32,291 nt of DNA from Candidatus Rokuibacteriota bacterium (GTDB taxonomy: Bacteria > Methylomirabilota > Methylomirabilia > Rokubacteriales > CSP1-6), in the NCBI GenBank assembly GCA_050731715.1, contig JBOHPM010000002.1, forward strand, positions 1 through 32,291, in the 5' to 3' direction. The notes under the pieces are model-generated. The model was not told where the DNA came from. It saw only the letters and a program-made list of their open reading frames with translations, and did not search any database. Below are positions 31,570 through 32,291 of the stretch, one piece after another. Position numbers and translations under genes: made by a program. How positions within the stretch are numbered: position 1 is the stretch's first letter; each line of letters starts with the position of its first letter.

Positions 31570-32021
31570 GTGTCCTCCGGGATGTCCATGGTCACCGCCC
31601 AGCCGAACCCGTCAGAGACCTTCCGCGGCCCGAGGGTGGCCGGCGCGCCCAAGGCGGCGGCGAAGTGCCGGGCCGACTCCGACGATGTCGTCTCGAGTTC
31701 AACCTTCCAGTTCCCCCGCTCGAGATAGCCGCGCAGGACCGGCCGGTCGCTCGCGGTCAGTGTGGCAAGCGCGGCCGCCCACGCGCGGAACGCTGGGCGG
31801 TTGAGTTGCCGGCGCATCTGGTCGCCTCGCGCAAGGAGCACGCTCTCGCGGGCGACGGCCAAGCGCTTGAGCGCTTGGTGCGCATCGGCGACGCGTTGGT
31901 GAGAGAACCATCGGAGCCACTCTGCCGAGCCGGCGAGGGCGATACCTCCGGCGAGCACGGCGATGGGAATGGTGCGCCTGAGCAGCCGCTGGCGGCGGTG
32001 CGGGTCGAGGATAACGCGCAT
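31527..32021 (-). CDS. Bitopic membrane protein, PilN / GspL(C-terminal)-like
   Basis: Basic N-terminus, one TM (IPIAVLAGGIALAGSAEWL), a coiled coil, then RGYLERGNWKVELETTSSESARHFAAAL, which resembles the PilN core (l.l.G.a.s...v..f...L). The ATG lies 6 nt after the TAG of the secretin stump. Confidence 0.5.
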   Translation of the reverse strand: MRVILDPHRRQRLLRRTIPIAVLAGGIALAGSAEWLRWFSHQRVADAHQALKRLAVARESVLLARGDQMRRQLNRPAFRAWAAALATLTASDRPVLRGYLERGNWKVELETTSSESARHFAAALGAPATLGPRKVSDGFGWAVTMDIPEDTWIGWPSQESPSGS

Positions 32022-32027
32022 CGCCCG

Positions 32028-32170
32028 CTATGAAGGCCGCCTGGCGACGGCGGACGGGACGATCGTCGACGTAACCGTCAGAACGAGCTCCGTTCGGACG
32101 GCGCTTTTCTCTCGTGACCCGAACATCCAGCCGAGGACCGGCACGTACTTCAAGACGATCGGTAGGCTTA
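32028..32170 (-). pseudogene. 3' remnant of a secretin gene (PilQ / GspD / R64 PilN family), 5' part replaced by an IS
   Basis: Hand translation ending at TAG 32030..32028 gives ...ALSLPIVLKYVPVLGWMFGSREKSAVRTELVLTVTSTIVPSAVARRPS. This matches the universal secretin C-terminal signature (V/I)P.LG.(L/M)F(R/G)S....[~8]..EL(L/V)(I/L).(I/V)T..(I/V)V. The upstream limit is approximate. Confidence 0.7.
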
Positions 32171-32291
32171 GGGCCCGCGGCGAAATAAGTGGACCAGGTC
32201 CTATCGCGTTGCCGATCGGGTGGGAAGGATCGTGTAGTTCCAGTCCCCGTGAAACGGATCGGGGCGCAAGCGGACGGCGGCCAGCGCCTCG
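32171..32291 (-). mobile_element. End of an ISAzo13-family insertion sequence (partial; extends beyond the window)
   Basis: The transposase stop at 32201 is followed by about 30 nt (GACCTGGTCCACTTATTTCGCCGCGGGCCC on the minus strand) before secretin-coding sequence resumes. The terminal inverted repeat cannot be confirmed without the other end, so the boundary is accurate to only about 20 nt. Confidence 0.5.
32201..32291 (-). CDS. ISAzo13-family (DDE_Tnp_ISAZ013) transposase, C-terminal 29 codons only
   Basis: Hand translation from the right edge gives EALAAVRLRPDPFHGDWNYTILPTRSATR-TAG (stop 32203..32201). FHG(E/D)WNYTI near the C-terminus is, as I recall, the hallmark ending of ISAzo13-family transposases. 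Confidence 0.7.
   Translation of the reverse strand, partial: EALAAVRLRPDPFHGDWNYTILPTRSATR

Noticed and set aside
1-32291. CRISPR arrays, tRNA/rRNA genes, att-type direct repeats
   Set aside because: I found no regularly spaced repeats, no T-loop-like GGTTCGAATCC-type sequence in the few intergenic spacers, and no rRNA-like stretch. Element-end direct repeats cannot be judged by eye, and neither end of the mobile element is evidently inside the window.

Overview
High-GC DNA from a bacterium with an outer membrane (lipoproteins, a secretin and an F-type T4SS are present). Almost all coding is on the minus strand. Calls rest on hand translation and remembered family motifs; no database search was possible.

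There are two modules.

(A) 15350..32021 is a near-complete F-type (MPF-F) conjugative type IV secretion operon. The gene order is pilin(traA-like)-traL-E-K-B-V-C ... traU-traF-traH-traG(N-domain). Many junctions are ATGA/GTGA start-stop overlaps. Upstream of it sit PilN/O/P-like (GspL/M/C-like) genes and the 3' stump of a secretin gene, which is cut off by an ISAzo13-family IS at the right window edge. This module carries apparent lesions: the IS-truncated secretin, an in-frame TGA between the traU signal peptide and its body, and a frame break in a thioredoxin-fold gene.

(B) 3095..14918 lies immediately downstream of traG and looks lower in GC on sampled lines. It is an intact, translationally coupled five-gene operon, in this order:
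- a Dcm-type C5 cytosine methyltransferase (428 aa)
- a P-loop protein (747 aa)
- a 514-aa protein with no motif I recognise
- a 1972-aa protein ending in a HerA/DUF87-type ATPase
- an HhH-GPD/[4Fe-4S] glycosylase with Mig (T:G mismatch) signatures

The middle three genes mirror dptF-dptG-dptH (dndFGH) in order and architecture, but no phosphorothioation genes are present. I read this as a candidate, possibly undescribed, m5C-keyed DptFGH-like defence system with a built-in deamination-repair enzyme, carried as cargo on a decaying conjugative element.

The left end (1..3070) holds a partial unknown gene, a VirB1-like lytic transglycosylase and a small membrane protein. I saw no rRNA, tRNA or CRISPR array. 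Most long plus-strand ORFs in the track are antisense shadow ORFs typical of high-GC DNA.
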